Source of the DNA: Acidiferrobacteraceae bacterium
GTDB taxonomy: Bacteria; Pseudomonadota; Gammaproteobacteria; Acidiferrobacterales; SZUA-150
Length of the DNA stretch: 64,000 nucleotides
Assembly: GCA_003228915.1 (NCBI GenBank)
Contig: QIGL01000003.1
Location: 4,998-68,997 of the forward strand
Direction: 5' to 3'
Part shown: piece by piece, positions 10,808-21,391 of the stretch
Numbering within the stretch: the first letter of the stretch is position 1
How the letters are laid out: each line of letters starts with the position of its first letter
Notes under the pieces: model-generated
Database searches by the model: none
What the model was told of the DNA's origin: nothing
Seen by the model: only the letters and a program-made list of their open reading frames with translations
Position numbers and translations under genes: made by a program

Positions 10808-12487
10808 ATGAGTGAAAGTTTTGCTGAATTGTTCGAGCAGAGTCTGAGCAATCTTAAAATGCAGCCTGGTCAATTAGTCATGGGCGAAGTGGTACAGGTA
10901 AGCGACGATTATATTGTCGTAAACGCAGGCCTTAAATCAGAAGGCATGATACCTGCAATAGAATTTAAAAATGACCTTGGCGAGATGACCGTAGATGTCG
11001 GTGATCAGGTCGAGGTTGTGATCGAGCAATTAGAAGACGGCATGGGCGCCACGCGACTCTCGCGGGAAAAAGCCATGCGTGCCAAGTCCTGGGAAGAGCT
11101 TGAAAAAGCCCACGAGGAAGATCGTATTGTTACTGGTGTGATGACGGGTAAGGTCAAGGGTGGTTTCACCGTTGCCATTGAGTCAGTACGGGCATTCTTG
11201 CCTGGATCGCTGGTTGATGTACGGCCAATCCGTGACCCCAGTTATCTTGAAGGCAAAGAGCTGGAATTCAAGGTCATCAAAATCGATAAAAAACGCAATA
11301 ATGTTGTCGTTTCCCGCCGAGCCGTGGTTGAGACAGAAATGACCGTCGAGCGTGAAGAGCTACTGGCAAACCTGGAAGAAGGCAAAGTTATTAAGGGCGT
11401 TATCAAGAACCTGACCGATTATGGTGCATTTGTTGATCTCGGTGGGCTCGATGGCTTGTTGCATATCACTGATATGGCCTGGAAACGGGTTAAACATCCT
11501 TCAGAATTGCTTAATATTGGCGATGAAATCGAGGCAAAAGTACTGCGTTATGATCGTGAACGTAATCGCGTTTCTCTTGGCCTGAAACAGTTGGGCGCAG
11601 ATCCCTGGGAAGATATTGCCCGGCGGTATCCTGAAAATTCCAGGTTATTTGGCAAAATTACCAACATCACGGACTATGGTTCATTTGTAGAAATTGAAGA
11701 AGGCATTGAAGGTTTAGTCCACGTATCTGAAATGGACTGGACCAACAAGAATATTCATCCCTCTAAAGTCGTTCAGTTGGGTGATGAGGTCGAAGTCATG
11801 ATTCTCGACATAGATACGGAGCGCCGTCGTATATCCCTGGGCATGAAACAATGCAAACCCAACCCGTGGGAAGAATTCGCCGCAACTCATAACAAGAATG
11901 ACACGGTCCACGGTGCCATTAAATCCATTACTGATTTCGGTATTTTCGTCGGTCTTGATGGCGGGATTGACGGCCTGATTCATTTAAGCGATCTCAGCTG
12001 GGCGAATGAAGGTGAAGAGGCTGTCCATAACTTCAAGAAAGGTGATGAGGTCGAGGCGACTGTTTTAGCGGTTGATGCCGAACGTGAACGCATCTCTTTA
12101 GGGATAAAACAGCTTGCGGGTGACCCATTCACGAGCTATGTTTCTGAACATGGGAAAGGTTCTGTTGTTAGCGGAACAATTACCAGTGTCGAGCCAAAGG
12201 GCGCTGTGATTAAGCTGGCAGATGATATTGATGGTTACCTGAGGGCGTCAGAGTTATCCAGGGATAGAGTCGAGGATGCCCGTACTGTCTTAAATGAAGG
12301 CGAGACAATAGAGGCCAAAATTACGACTATTGACCGCAAAAACAGGAAAATATCCCTGTCTGTCAAGGCCAAGGACATGGCAGATGAAAATAATGCGGTT
12401 CAGGAATATGCCAGAAAGGCTACACCAGGCGCATCACTGGGTGATAAGCTCAAGGAACAACTTGATAGTCAGGATGGCGAAGATTAA
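10808..12487 (+). CDS. rpsA: 30S ribosomal protein S1
   Basis: 559 aa made of six tandem S1 (OB-fold) repeats with recurring '...G.V...T.FGAFV.L..GIDGL.H.S...' units. Confidence 0.97.
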   Translation: MSESFAELFEQSLSNLKMQPGQLVMGEVVQVSDDYIVVNAGLKSEGMIPAIEFKNDLGEMTVDVGDQVEVVIEQLEDGMGATRLSREKAMRAKSWEELEKAHEEDRIVTGVMTGKVKGGFTVAIESVRAFLPGSLVDVRPIRDPSYLEGKELEFKVIKIDKKRNNVVVSRRAVVETEMTVEREELLANLEEGKVIKGVIKNLTDYGAFVDLGGLDGLLHITDMAWKRVKHPSELLNIGDEIEAKVLRYDRERNRVSLGLKQLGADPWEDIARRYPENSRLFGKITNITDYGSFVEIEEGIEGLVHVSEMDWTNKNIHPSKVVQLGDEVEVMILDIDTERRRISLGMKQCKPNPWEEFAATHNKNDTVHGAIKSITDFGIFVGLDGGIDGLIHLSDLSWANEGEEAVHNFKKGDEVEATVLAVDAERERISLGIKQLAGDPFTSYVSEHGKGSVVSGTITSVEPKGAVIKLADDIDGYLRASELSRDRVEDARTVLNEGETIEAKITTIDRKNRKISLSVKAKDMADENNAVQEYARKATPGASLGDKLKEQLDSQDGED

Positions 12488-12529
12488 ATTTATAGAGTAC
12501 GTGTTTATAACTTGATACGATAATGAGAT

Positions 12530-12817
12530 ATGGCGATGACTAAGTCAGAACTAATCGAAAAACTTTCGGCGAGCCAGCCCCAGCTTGACGACAGGGATGT
12601 TGAGCTGGCAGTAAAAGAATTGCTGGAGCAGATGTCATCTGCACTGGCAGGCGGTGATCGTATCGAAGTTCGCGGCTTTGGCAGTTTTTCATTGCATTAC
12701 CGGCCTCCGAGAATGGGTAGAAATCCTAAAACCGGGGCAGCAGTCGAGGTACCAGACAAACATGTGCCACATTTCAAGCCCGGTAAAGAGCTTCGCGAGC
12801 GGGTCAATAATCTTTGA
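12530..12817 (+). CDS. ihfB: Integration host factor subunit beta
   Basis: 95 aa with '[10 protein letters not shown]...[22 protein letters not shown]', typical of the HU/IHF family. The true start may be the second ATG at 12536. Confidence 0.93.
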   Translation: MAMTKSELIEKLSASQPQLDDRDVELAVKELLEQMSSALAGGDRIEVRGFGSFSLHYRPPRMGRNPKTGAAVEVPDKHVPHFKPGKELRERVNNL

Positions 12818-12845
12818 AGTTAACGAAAAAATCCAGATAAAAATC

Positions 12846-12870
12846 GGCATCCTGCGTGGTGCCTTTTTTT
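12846..12870 (+). terminator. Rho-independent terminator after ihfB
   Basis: A GC-rich hairpin GGCAtC/GgTGCC (12846-12863) is followed by T7 (12864-12870). Confidence 0.65.
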
Positions 12871-12983
12871 ATATTTTTTGTTTAGCGCTACTGAAAAAAT
12901 ACGTTTAAACAGTGTAAAGTGCAGAAGTGGAAATTGTTAAATAACTGGATTACCGGAACTATTAACCAACAAGGCTTAAGTCG

Positions 12984-13280
12984 ATGCGACCTATTTTTTA
13001 TATTATTCTTGCAATCCCCGTAATATTTTTCGCGATTACATTTGCCATAAAAAACAGCCATGTGGTGACCCTGTCTTACTATTTTGGTGTTAACTGGTTA
13101 TTACCGCTATCCGTTCTTTTGTTTGCAGTGCTGGTACTGGGAATTGTTGTTGGTTACCTGGTCAGCCTGAAAACAATCATGAGGTTGCAGGGTCTTGCCG
13201 CCACGGCAAAAAAAGAAGCAAGACAAGCAGAGCAGGAAGTATCAAATTTAAGATCGCTTCCGCTTAAAGACGCTGTTTAG
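12984..13280 (+). CDS. lapA: Lipopolysaccharide assembly protein A (YciS-like inner-membrane protein)
   Basis: 98 aa with two hydrophobic helices and a short coiled tail. It sits immediately upstream of the lapB homologue. Confidence 0.75.
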   Translation: MRPIFYIILAIPVIFFAITFAIKNSHVVTLSYYFGVNWLLPLSVLLFAVLVLGIVVGYLVSLKTIMRLQGLAATAKKEARQAEQEVSNLRSLPLKDAV

Positions 13281-13281
13281 C

Positions 13282-14451
13282 ATGGATAGTGCTGGCCCGG
13301 GATTCTATTGGCTTGTACTGGCTTCTGCGGTTGCCAGCGGCTGGCTGATAGCCTGGTTTGGTTATTCCAGGAAATTAAAAAATACAGATTTTGACCTGCC
13401 ATCTGCCTATTTCAAGGGCCTGAATTACCTGCTCAATGAAGAGCCTGACAAAGCTATTGAAGTGTTTGTCCAGGTACTGGAAGTGAATTCAGAAACTATT
13501 GAGACCCACCTGGCACTGGGAAATCTGTTCAGAAGAAGGGGCGAGGTAGAAAGAGCTATCAGGATCCACCAAAACCTGATGGCCAGGCCTGCATTAAGCA
13601 ATGAACAGCGCTCGCTGGCCCTGATGGAACTGGGAAGAGACTATCTGAAAGCAGGCTTGTATGACCGTGCTGAAAACCTGTTTCAGGAACTGACAGAAGA
13701 TCGCAAGCAAGGCCGCGAAGTTTTACTTTCGTTATTGCAAATATATGAATACGAAAAAGAGTGGAAGCAGGCAATAGAAATTGCAAATAAGTTATCGGTA
13801 GTAGACCACAAGCCAATGAACGATATTGTTGCCCAATATCATTGCGAGTTAGCCGACGCAGCCATCACTTCAGGTGATCTTAAAGCTGCAGGTAAACTTG
13901 CCAGGCAGGCATTGAGTGCAGATCACGCTTGTGTGCGGGCAAGTTTGATAATTGGTAATATCGAGGCCGAATTGTCGAATCACAGGGAAGCAATCAAGGC
14001 ATGGAATCAAATTGGTGAACAGGATGCCATGTTCCTGGGGGAAGTGGCAGAAAAAGTACGAGACAGTTTTGTAGCGCTAGATGACAAGGAAGGGCTGGTT
14101 GACTTTTTTCAAACAGCACTCGATAAACATAAAACCATTAGCATTATGCAAGCTATGAGTGGTTTTATTAGTAAAGAGCAGGGCCAAACCGCGGCAGAAA
14201 AATTTGTTATAGAATGGTTGCGAAAAAAGCCTACGGTTCATGGTCTTTACCGCTTGCTTGATCTCAGGCTGGAGAAACAGGGAGCAGAGATGGACAATGA
14301 TCTTGTATTGTTGCGCGGTATGATTGGAGAATTAAAAAAAGAACACGAAGGTTATGTTTGCCAAAATTGTGGATTTAAGGGAAAAGTAATGCACTGGTTG
14401 TGCCCTGGTTGTCACAAGTGGAACACGATTCGACCACTATCAGGGGAGTGA
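13282..14451 (+). CDS. lapB: Lipopolysaccharide assembly protein B (TPR protein with a rubredoxin-like C-terminus)
   Basis: 389 aa with an N-terminal TM helix and TPR repeats. The C-terminus carries 'CQNCGF...CPGCHKW'. Confidence 0.9.
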   Translation: MDSAGPGFYWLVLASAVASGWLIAWFGYSRKLKNTDFDLPSAYFKGLNYLLNEEPDKAIEVFVQVLEVNSETIETHLALGNLFRRRGEVERAIRIHQNLMARPALSNEQRSLALMELGRDYLKAGLYDRAENLFQELTEDRKQGREVLLSLLQIYEYEKEWKQAIEIANKLSVVDHKPMNDIVAQYHCELADAAITSGDLKAAGKLARQALSADHACVRASLIIGNIEAELSNHREAIKAWNQIGEQDAMFLGEVAEKVRDSFVALDDKEGLVDFFQTALDKHKTISIMQAMSGFISKEQGQTAAEKFVIEWLRKKPTVHGLYRLLDLRLEKQGAEMDNDLVLLRGMIGELKKEHEGYVCQNCGFKGKVMHWLCPGCHKWNTIRPLSGE

Positions 14452-14453
14452 CC

Positions 14454-15152
14454 ATGCCATCGCCAAAAATCATAATTGCCATTGATGTCAACAATCAGCC
14501 TGATGCAATACGGCTGGCAGAAAAGTTTGACCCAAAGTTATGCCGGTTAAAGATAGGGCTGGAATTGTATACCGCAGAAGGACCGGCGATCCTGGAAGTT
14601 TTGCAAAAGCTGGGCTTTGAAATATTTCTTGATCTCAAGTTCCATGACATCCCCAATACCGTTGCCAGGGTCTGCGCCGTTGCTGCCAGCATGGGTGTCT
14701 GGATGGTTAATGTCCACGCCCTGGGCGGACGGGCAATGATGTCTGCAGCCAGGGAGGCCATTTCGAAGTCGAATCACCAGCCATTGCTCACCGCGGTCAC
14801 GATTTTAACGAGCCATAGCCAGGAAGATTTAGCGGCAGTAGGGATTACGGGGAATTTAGAAGAATGTGTTCTTCAATATGCAGAAAATGCCAGGCAGGCT
14901 GGATGTGATGGTATTGTCTGTTCTGCCCTGGAAGCAGGCAAGTTACGGAAAAAGCTCGGTGATGATTTTATCCTGGTGACACCGGGTATTCGTCCCGAAG
15001 GCGGCAACACAAACGATCAAAAAAGGGTGGTCTCACCCGTTGTGGCCATTGAATCTGGCGCCAATTATCTTGTTATCGGCAGACCAGTCACTGGTGCAGA
15101 TGATCCTGCACGTGCTTTACTAAATATTCATGAATCGATTAAAAAGGCTTGA
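14454..15152 (+). CDS. pyrF: Orotidine 5'-phosphate decarboxylase
   Basis: It has 'IIAIDV' and 'LDLKFHDIPNT' motifs. The ORF track starts at a GTG at 14400 inside lapB. The ATG at 14454 gives the canonical N-terminus 'MPSPKIIIAIDV', 2 nt after the lapB stop. Confidence 0.93.
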   Translation: MPSPKIIIAIDVNNQPDAIRLAEKFDPKLCRLKIGLELYTAEGPAILEVLQKLGFEIFLDLKFHDIPNTVARVCAVAASMGVWMVNVHALGGRAMMSAAREAISKSNHQPLLTAVTILTSHSQEDLAAVGITGNLEECVLQYAENARQAGCDGIVCSALEAGKLRKKLGDDFILVTPGIRPEGGNTNDQKRVVSPVVAIESGANYLVIGRPVTGADDPARALLNIHESIKKA

Positions 15153-15257
15153 CAGAAAATATAAATCGAATATTATGACTGTGCTTTAGTCAGGGTAGAC
15201 ACAAGCAGAACTTAGCAAAACTTAAACTTAGCTAAACTTAACCATGGAGGGTTAATT

Positions 15258-15548
15258 ATGAAGTTTCTTCGAATTGTATTTTTCTCACTGATCGTTTCTC
15301 TATTCGCTGCTGGTGCCAGTATTAGCGCAATCGCAGCAGAAGCCGTTAATATCAATACTGCAGATGCCGCATCACTGGCAAAAAATCTCAATGGTGTTGG
15401 CCTTAAAAAAGCCGAGGCGATTGTGGCTTACCGCAAGAAAAATGGTAGTTTCAAAACAGCTAAAGATCTGAGCAAAGTCAAAGGGATTGGCAACAAAACA
15501 GTTGCCAAAAACAAAGACTATATTCTTGTTGGTAAATCACGCCAATAA
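15258..15548 (+). CDS. comEA: ComEA-family helix-hairpin-helix DNA-binding protein (secreted)
   Basis: 96 aa with a signal peptide and the 'INTADAASLAK...GVGLKKAEAIVAYRKKNGSF...L..VKGIG' HhH pattern. Confidence 0.8.
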   Translation: MKFLRIVFFSLIVSLFAAGASISAIAAEAVNINTADAASLAKNLNGVGLKKAEAIVAYRKKNGSFKTAKDLSKVKGIGNKTVAKNKDYILVGKSRQ

Positions 15549-15610
15549 GGCTTTGCAAGTAAACCTTTAAGATCGTAAATTTTTAAACCAGTTGTTTGCG
15601 GCTACCCGGT

Positions 15611-15646
15611 GGCTCCCCTGCTTTTTTACAGGGGGGCCATTTTTTT
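15611..15646 (+). terminator. Rho-independent terminator after comEA
   Basis: A 10-bp stem GGCTCCCCTG/CAGGGGGGCC (15611-15638) is followed by a T-run (15640-15646). Confidence 0.8.
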
Positions 15647-15846
15647 ATGTATATTTTTTATCGACATTAATCCTAAAAGCACTGATAATCAGCACTTTAG
15701 GATCATTCTGGGCCGTATCGTGCTATTTAGGCTGCTGTATTTAATGATTTTTCTCAAAAATTGAATTTAGACAATCACGCCAGGTATATGACTGGTATTA
15801 AGCAGTCAGGCCGAATATAAAGTTTGGCCTGAACAGAGGAAATGAT

Positions 15847-16800
15847 TTGTTAACTGAATTATTAAAAAAAGTGACCACCGCCCGTGTCCTGGTCGTGGGC
15901 GATGTTATGCTGGATCGTTATTGGTATGGCGGTGTTGATCGTATTTCTCCAGAAGCACCTGTGCCGGTGGTATCGGTTGCACGGGAAGAGGAACGTCTCG
16001 GTGGCGCAGCCAATGTCGCCAGGAATATCACTGCCCTTGGCGGAAAGTGCAGCCTGCTTGCAATAACAGGGGATGATCCGGGCGCTGATATGCTCGAAAC
16101 TCTCAGCACGAAGGCTGGTATTGATTTAAATCTCTGCCGGGACAAAATGGTAAATACAACCGTTAAGTTGCGGGTTATCTCCCAGAATCAACAATTACTA
16201 CGCGTAGATTTTGATTCACCGGTTAGTAAGGACGCCAGAATTCAATTACTCCAGACATTCAGAAAAATTATTTCACAACATGACTTAATTGTTGTTTCCG
16301 ATTATGCCAAAGGCGGTCTCGGGCACATCCGGGAAATTATTCACCTGGCCAGGAAAAATAAAATACCAGTATTAATTGACCCAAAAGGCGATGATTACCA
16401 TGGCTACAAAGGGGCAACACTTATTACGCCAAACCGAAAAGAGTTTGAGCAGGTAACAGGCCCATTTGTTGATGATACTGATCTGGAACAACGGGCACTG
16501 GAATTAATTAAAGAGCTGGAGCTTGAATCGCTTCTGATTACACGCAGCGAGGAAGGCATGACCCTGGTCGAAGCTAATGGGGATTGTACCCATATGCCGG
16601 CACAGGCACTGGAAGTTTTTGATGTCACTGGCGCCGGGGACACGGTAATTGCCAGCATTGGCCTGGCGTTTGCTGCTGGCGCAAGCACAATAGACGCGCT
16701 TTCCCTGGCCAATATAGCCGCTGGCATCGTTGTTGGTAAACTGGGCTCCGAAACTGCTACGCCGGAAGAGATTCTGGCTGCTGCACAAGTAAAGGATTAA
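15847..16800 (+). CDS. hldA: D-glycero-beta-D-manno-heptose-7-phosphate kinase (RfaE domain I only)
   Basis: 317 aa with a TTG start. It is a pfkB/ribokinase-family protein with 'DVTGAGDT'. It stops before any cytidylyltransferase-like domain II. Confidence 0.85.
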   Translation: MLTELLKKVTTARVLVVGDVMLDRYWYGGVDRISPEAPVPVVSVAREEERLGGAANVARNITALGGKCSLLAITGDDPGADMLETLSTKAGIDLNLCRDKMVNTTVKLRVISQNQQLLRVDFDSPVSKDARIQLLQTFRKIISQHDLIVVSDYAKGGLGHIREIIHLARKNKIPVLIDPKGDDYHGYKGATLITPNRKEFEQVTGPFVDDTDLEQRALELIKELELESLLITRSEEGMTLVEANGDCTHMPAQALEVFDVTGAGDTVIASIGLAFAAGASTIDALSLANIAAGIVVGKLGSETATPEEILAAAQVKD

Positions 16801-16803
16801 AAA

Positions 16804-17808
16804 ATGTTTGTGGTAACAGGTGGGGCCGGGTTTATTGGCTCAAATATTGTCAAGACCCTGAATGACAGGGGCCATAAAGATATTGTTGTTGTTGATAACC
16901 TGGAGAATCCGGATAAATTTTTAAATTTGGTTGACTGTGAAATTGCTGACTATGTCGACAAAAGAGAATTTATAAAAGATATTACAAATGATTCCCTGGG
17001 TTATGACGTGGCTGCAATCTTTCATGAAGGTGCGTGCTCCGACACCATGGAAAAAAATGGTCAGTATATGATGAGTAATAATTATGATTACTCAAAAACA
17101 TTACTCCATTACTGCCAAAATAATAATGCCTCATTTTTATATGCTTCATCAGCATCAGTTTATGGTGGTGGTTCTGTCTTCAAGGAAGAACGCGAACACG
17201 AGTCGCCGTTAAATGTGTATGGCTATTCAAAATTTTTGTTTGACCAGTACGTCAGGCAGGCAAAGCTCGATAAAACACCGCAAGTTGTTGGCTTTAGATA
17301 TTTTAATGTATATGGCGTCCGCGAACAGCATAAAGGACGTATGGCCTCGGTCGCGTTTCATTTTTACAACCAATATAAACAAAACGGAAAAATAAAATTA
17401 TTCGAGGGTACTGACGGTTATGACAATGGCTGCCAGTTGCGAGATTTTATTTCGGTTGAAGATGTTATGAAAGTTAACATGTATTTTCTGGACAACCCTG
17501 ATGTGAGTGGCATCTATAATGTGGGCACTGGCAGGAGCCAGCCATTTAATGATATGGCAGTTGCGACTGTTAACACGTTACGCAAACACAATAACGAAAC
17601 TCCGCTCGACCTGGGTGCCCTGGTATCAAAAGGGGTAATTGAATATATTGATTTTCCAGAAGCCCTGCAGGGTAAATATCAAAGTTTTACACAGGCCGAT
17701 ATCAATTTACTGGTCAAGGCCGGATATACAGACAGTTTCTATACAGTTGAGCAGGGTGTTGAGCGATACATCAATACATTATTGGCGCAAGATGCAACTA
17801 AACAGTAA
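16804..17808 (+). CDS. hldD: ADP-L-glycero-D-manno-heptose-6-epimerase
   Basis: 334 aa with '[11 protein letters not shown]' and an SDR 'YGYSK' catalytic motif. It is collinear with RfaD. Confidence 0.93.
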   Translation: MFVVTGGAGFIGSNIVKTLNDRGHKDIVVVDNLENPDKFLNLVDCEIADYVDKREFIKDITNDSLGYDVAAIFHEGACSDTMEKNGQYMMSNNYDYSKTLLHYCQNNNASFLYASSASVYGGGSVFKEEREHESPLNVYGYSKFLFDQYVRQAKLDKTPQVVGFRYFNVYGVREQHKGRMASVAFHFYNQYKQNGKIKLFEGTDGYDNGCQLRDFISVEDVMKVNMYFLDNPDVSGIYNVGTGRSQPFNDMAVATVNTLRKHNNETPLDLGALVSKGVIEYIDFPEALQGKYQSFTQADINLLVKAGYTDSFYTVEQGVERYINTLLAQDATKQ

Positions 17809-17882
17809 AGCAGTCAAATCAAATATGTCTAGCCAGGTAAAGTTTAGGATAACTGGCTAACATTCCCAGTGAGTTTATAAGT

Positions 17883-18896
17883 ATGAAGCATATTTTGATA
17901 ACTGGCGCTGCCGGTTTTATTGGTGCCACATTGGCAATAAGGTTGCTTGATCGCGGCGACAAGGTTTATGGCATTGATAATCTAAATGACTATTATGATG
18001 TTAATTTAAAAAAAGATCGCCTGGCGAGAATTGACAAGCATAAAAATTTTATTTTTCAAAAGCTGGATATAGCTGATCGTGCTGGTATAAAAAAACTGTT
18101 TCAGGATAACAAGTTTGATGCTGTAATGAATCTCGCAGCCCAGGCAGGGGTCAGGTACTCTATCGAAAATCCTGCAGCTTATATTGATGCAAACCTGCTG
18201 GGTTTTGCCAATGTCCTTGAAGGTTGCAGGCAGTCTGGCGTTGGCCATTATGTTTTCGCATCTTCCAGTTCTGTTTATGGTGCCAACACAAAACTACCGT
18301 TTTCTGAACATGATAATGTTGATCACCCGGTGTCTTTGTATGCGGCGAGTAAAAAAGCAAACGAGCTAATGGCGCATAGTTATGCCCATCTTTATAAATT
18401 GCCTTGCACTGGCTTAAGGTTTTTTACGGTATACGGGCCCTGGGGCAGACCGGACATGGCGTTATATAAATTTGCCAGAGGCATAGCTGATAATACGCCG
18501 ATCCCTGTTTTTAACGGTGGCAAAATGGTGCGAGATTTTACATATATTGATGATATTGTTGAAGGCGTTGTCCGTATTATTGATAAGGCCGCATTACCCA
18601 ATAAAGACTGGCATGGGGATGCGCCTGACAGCGCAACAAGTTATGCCCCGTATCGCATTTATAATATTGGCAATAGCAAGCCAGTCGAGTTAATGAAGTA
18701 CATACAAGTGCTGGAAGACTGTATGGGCAAAAAGGCCGAGCTCGAGATGCTGCCCATGCAAGATGGTGACGTACCGGCAACGTCTGCCGATACCACCGCA
18801 CTGCAACAGGCAGTCGGGTTCCAGCCAAATACGACAGTTGAAGAAGGGGTAGCAAAATTTGTTACGTGGTTTAAAGATTATTACAAGATTGACTAA
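17883..18896 (+). CDS. NAD-dependent sugar epimerase, UDP-glucuronate 4-epimerase-like
   Basis: 337 aa with 'ITGAAGFIG' and a 'YAASK' catalytic motif. The overall pattern fits the UDP-GlcA 4-epimerase subgroup of extended SDRs. Confidence 0.78.
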   Translation: MKHILITGAAGFIGATLAIRLLDRGDKVYGIDNLNDYYDVNLKKDRLARIDKHKNFIFQKLDIADRAGIKKLFQDNKFDAVMNLAAQAGVRYSIENPAAYIDANLLGFANVLEGCRQSGVGHYVFASSSSVYGANTKLPFSEHDNVDHPVSLYAASKKANELMAHSYAHLYKLPCTGLRFFTVYGPWGRPDMALYKFARGIADNTPIPVFNGGKMVRDFTYIDDIVEGVVRIIDKAALPNKDWHGDAPDSATSYAPYRIYNIGNSKPVELMKYIQVLEDCMGKKAELEMLPMQDGDVPATSADTTALQQAVGFQPNTTVEEGVAKFVTWFKDYYKID

Positions 18897-18902
18897 TTAT
18901 TT

Positions 18903-20315
18903 ATGTCGCTAAAAATAATTCCGGTTGTTTTATCAGGAGGCTCAGGTTCGAGGTTGTGGCCACTATCACGCGCCCATTATCCAAAACAATTACTTGCGCT
19001 AAATACTGATCAAACACTGCTCCAGGAAACAGTGGCACGGTTCAGTGGCATAGAATCAATTGGCACACCCATTATTGTTTGTAATGAATCTCATCGTTTT
19101 CTTGTGGCTGAACAAATGCGCGCCATTGATTGTAACCCCGGAAAAATAATACTCGAGCCAATTGGGCGAAACACCGCGCCTGCGCTTACCCTTGCCGCTA
19201 TCGCCGCCAAAAATAATACTGACCATAATGGTGATGTTATACTGGTTGTCATGCCGGCGGATCACGTCATCAAAAATCAACAAGCATTTCAATCAGCATT
19301 AACGGAAGCTGTCAGGCTGGCAAATGATGACAGGCTGGTTACATTTGGTGTGTTACCCACCAGTCCTGAAACAGGGTATGGTTATATTAAAAAAGGGAAA
19401 GATAATTCCGTAGAGTCGTTTGTTGAAAAACCAGACCTGGATACTGCAAAAGAATATTTACAACAAGGTGATTATCTCTGGAATAGTGGCATGTTTGTAG
19501 TCAAGGCAAGTACATGGTTAAAAGAGTTGGGTAAATACGAAAATGAGATTGTAAACCTTTGCCAGGAAGCCATTACGAAAAGTTATGACGATCTCGATTT
19601 TATGAGAATAGATTCCGATAGTTTTTCCAGGTGTAAAAATATTTCTATTGACTATGCGGTTATGGAAAAAACGCCATTCGCGGCAGTTGTACCCCTTGAG
19701 GCAGGTTGGTCAGACATAGGCTCCTGGTCGTCATTGGCAGCGGTTATGGAAAACGATCAAGCGGGTAACTATATAAAAGGCGATTGCTATACATCAAAAA
19801 CAGAAAACTCTTTTTTAGTAGCCAGGGACAGGATGTTGGCCGTAGTAGGATTAAAAAATGTGATCGTGGTCGAAACTGCCGATGCAGTGCTTGTAGCTAG
19901 TAAAGAAAATTCACAGGATGTAAAAGAGATTGTAAAAAAGCTGGGAGCAGAAAAACGACGCCAAATCCATTCCCATACAAAAGTTTTTCGCCCCTGGGGT
20001 TATTACGAAACAGTGGATGTTGGCCCACGATTCCAGGTTAAACGCATAGGCGTAAAACCAGGCGCCTCTTTGTCATTACAACGTCACCAGCAACGTGCCG
20101 AACACTGGGTTGTTGTTAAAGGAATAGCAGATATAATCCGTGGCGACGAAAATATTGTTCTAAATGAAAATGAGTCAACCTACATTCCGATTGGCATGAA
20201 ACACAGACTGGAAAATAAACACAAACAGGAACTTGAGATTATTGAAGTACAGTCTGGAGAGTATTTAGGTGAAGATGACATAGAACGATTCGAAGATAAA
20301 TATAATCGAGACTAG
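18903..20315 (+). CDS. manC: Mannose-1-phosphate guanylyltransferase / mannose-6-phosphate isomerase
   Basis: 470 aa with an N-terminal 'VLSGGSGSRLWPLSR' nucleotidyltransferase domain and a C-terminal cupin ('...VQSGEYLGEDDIERFEDKY'). Confidence 0.92.
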   Translation: MSLKIIPVVLSGGSGSRLWPLSRAHYPKQLLALNTDQTLLQETVARFSGIESIGTPIIVCNESHRFLVAEQMRAIDCNPGKIILEPIGRNTAPALTLAAIAAKNNTDHNGDVILVVMPADHVIKNQQAFQSALTEAVRLANDDRLVTFGVLPTSPETGYGYIKKGKDNSVESFVEKPDLDTAKEYLQQGDYLWNSGMFVVKASTWLKELGKYENEIVNLCQEAITKSYDDLDFMRIDSDSFSRCKNISIDYAVMEKTPFAAVVPLEAGWSDIGSWSSLAAVMENDQAGNYIKGDCYTSKTENSFLVARDRMLAVVGLKNVIVVETADAVLVASKENSQDVKEIVKKLGAEKRRQIHSHTKVFRPWGYYETVDVGPRFQVKRIGVKPGASLSLQRHQQRAEHWVVVKGIADIIRGDENIVLNENESTYIPIGMKHRLENKHKQELEIIEVQSGEYLGEDDIERFEDKYNRD

Positions 20316-20353
20316 CATTTATTTTACAAAAAATATCTTGTCAGGATTATAAA

Positions 20354-21391
20354 ATGTTTACCTTAAGCACCACAATGAATAAAAAGTTATCGCTGTTTAA
20401 AGAAGCCGTAGACAATAAAAATATTCTTATCACTGGTGGCACAGGGTTTATTGGAAATTACATGGCAGGTAGCATGGCTCACCTGGGCGCTAATGTAACG
20501 GTTCTAACTCGTCATAACACATCAAAAAATAGTCCTGCTAACCATAATTACTGCATTGGTGATGTTACAGAAAGAAAAAGTTTAAGCGGTTGTTGCAAAA
20601 ATATTGACATTATTGTTCATATGGCTGGTAACGCGCATGTGGAACCCAAAAATAAAGGTACTCATTTAATGGTCAGCCTGGCTGGAACAAAGAATATTTT
20701 GCAGGAGGCATTAAAAGAGGGCGTAACATCTGTTATTTATATCAGTAGCATTAAGGTTATGGGCGCCAACAACATAAAGTGCCTCGATGAAACTGATCAG
20801 GAAAATCCAGATGATGAATATGGCAGGGCTAGACTGGAGGCAGAAAAAACTATCTTGAAATGGGGGGCAGAACATTCAATCAAAACGAGCGTCTTAAGAT
20901 TGCCGCTTGTTTACGGACCTGGCGTAAAAGGAAACATAAAAAATTTACTAACACACGCTTTGTCAGGAAAATCATTTCCGCTGCCAATCGTCAAAAATAA
21001 TCGTTCAATGGTTTATGTTGGCGATGTTTTGCAAGCGATTAATAGCATTATTTACCACCCTAAATCAAAAAATCAAATATATATTGTTGCTGATGGCCAG
21101 TCTTATTCAACAACAGATTTAACAAAAGCATTAGGCGAGATAACGGGCAATATATCAAAATGGCACATACCATTATTTTTATTTAAAATTCTGGCGCTTG
21201 CAGGTGATGTAGTAGTTTTTATAACAGGAATAAAAATGCCATTTAACACAAATGTATATAATAAATTATTTGGTAATGCGTGTTATTCAGCAGAAAAAAT
21301 ACAAAAAGAATTGGGTTTCACGCCTACCGAGACATTCTATAGCGTACTACCAGATATGCTCGAGGCAGAACAAGGGCAGTATAAGGAATGA
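20354..21391 (+). CDS. NAD-dependent epimerase/dehydratase family protein (WbpK-like position)
   Basis: 345 aa with 'ITGGTGFIG' and an SDR 'YGRAR'-type catalytic region. It directly precedes the GT4 and WbpM-like genes. Confidence 0.7.
   Translation: MFTLSTTMNKKLSLFKEAVDNKNILITGGTGFIGNYMAGSMAHLGANVTVLTRHNTSKNSPANHNYCIGDVTERKSLSGCCKNIDIIVHMAGNAHVEPKNKGTHLMVSLAGTKNILQEALKEGVTSVIYISSIKVMGANNIKCLDETDQENPDDEYGRARLEAEKTILKWGAEHSIKTSVLRLPLVYGPGVKGNIKNLLTHALSGKSFPLPIVKNNRSMVYVGDVLQAINSIIYHPKSKNQIYIVADGQSYSTTDLTKALGEITGNISKWHIPLFLFKILALAGDVVVFITGIKMPFNTNVYNKLFGNACYSAEKIQKELGFTPTETFYSVLPDMLEAEQGQYKE

Noticed and set aside
14400-14453. A 5' extension of pyrF from a GTG at 14400. A similar extension of galU runs from 26247, and there are further extensions at 39104, 38523, 29203 and 33531.
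   Set aside because: The extensions overlap the preceding gene or lack an RBS. Internal ATGs give canonical N-termini or signal peptides and have Shine-Dalgarno sequences.
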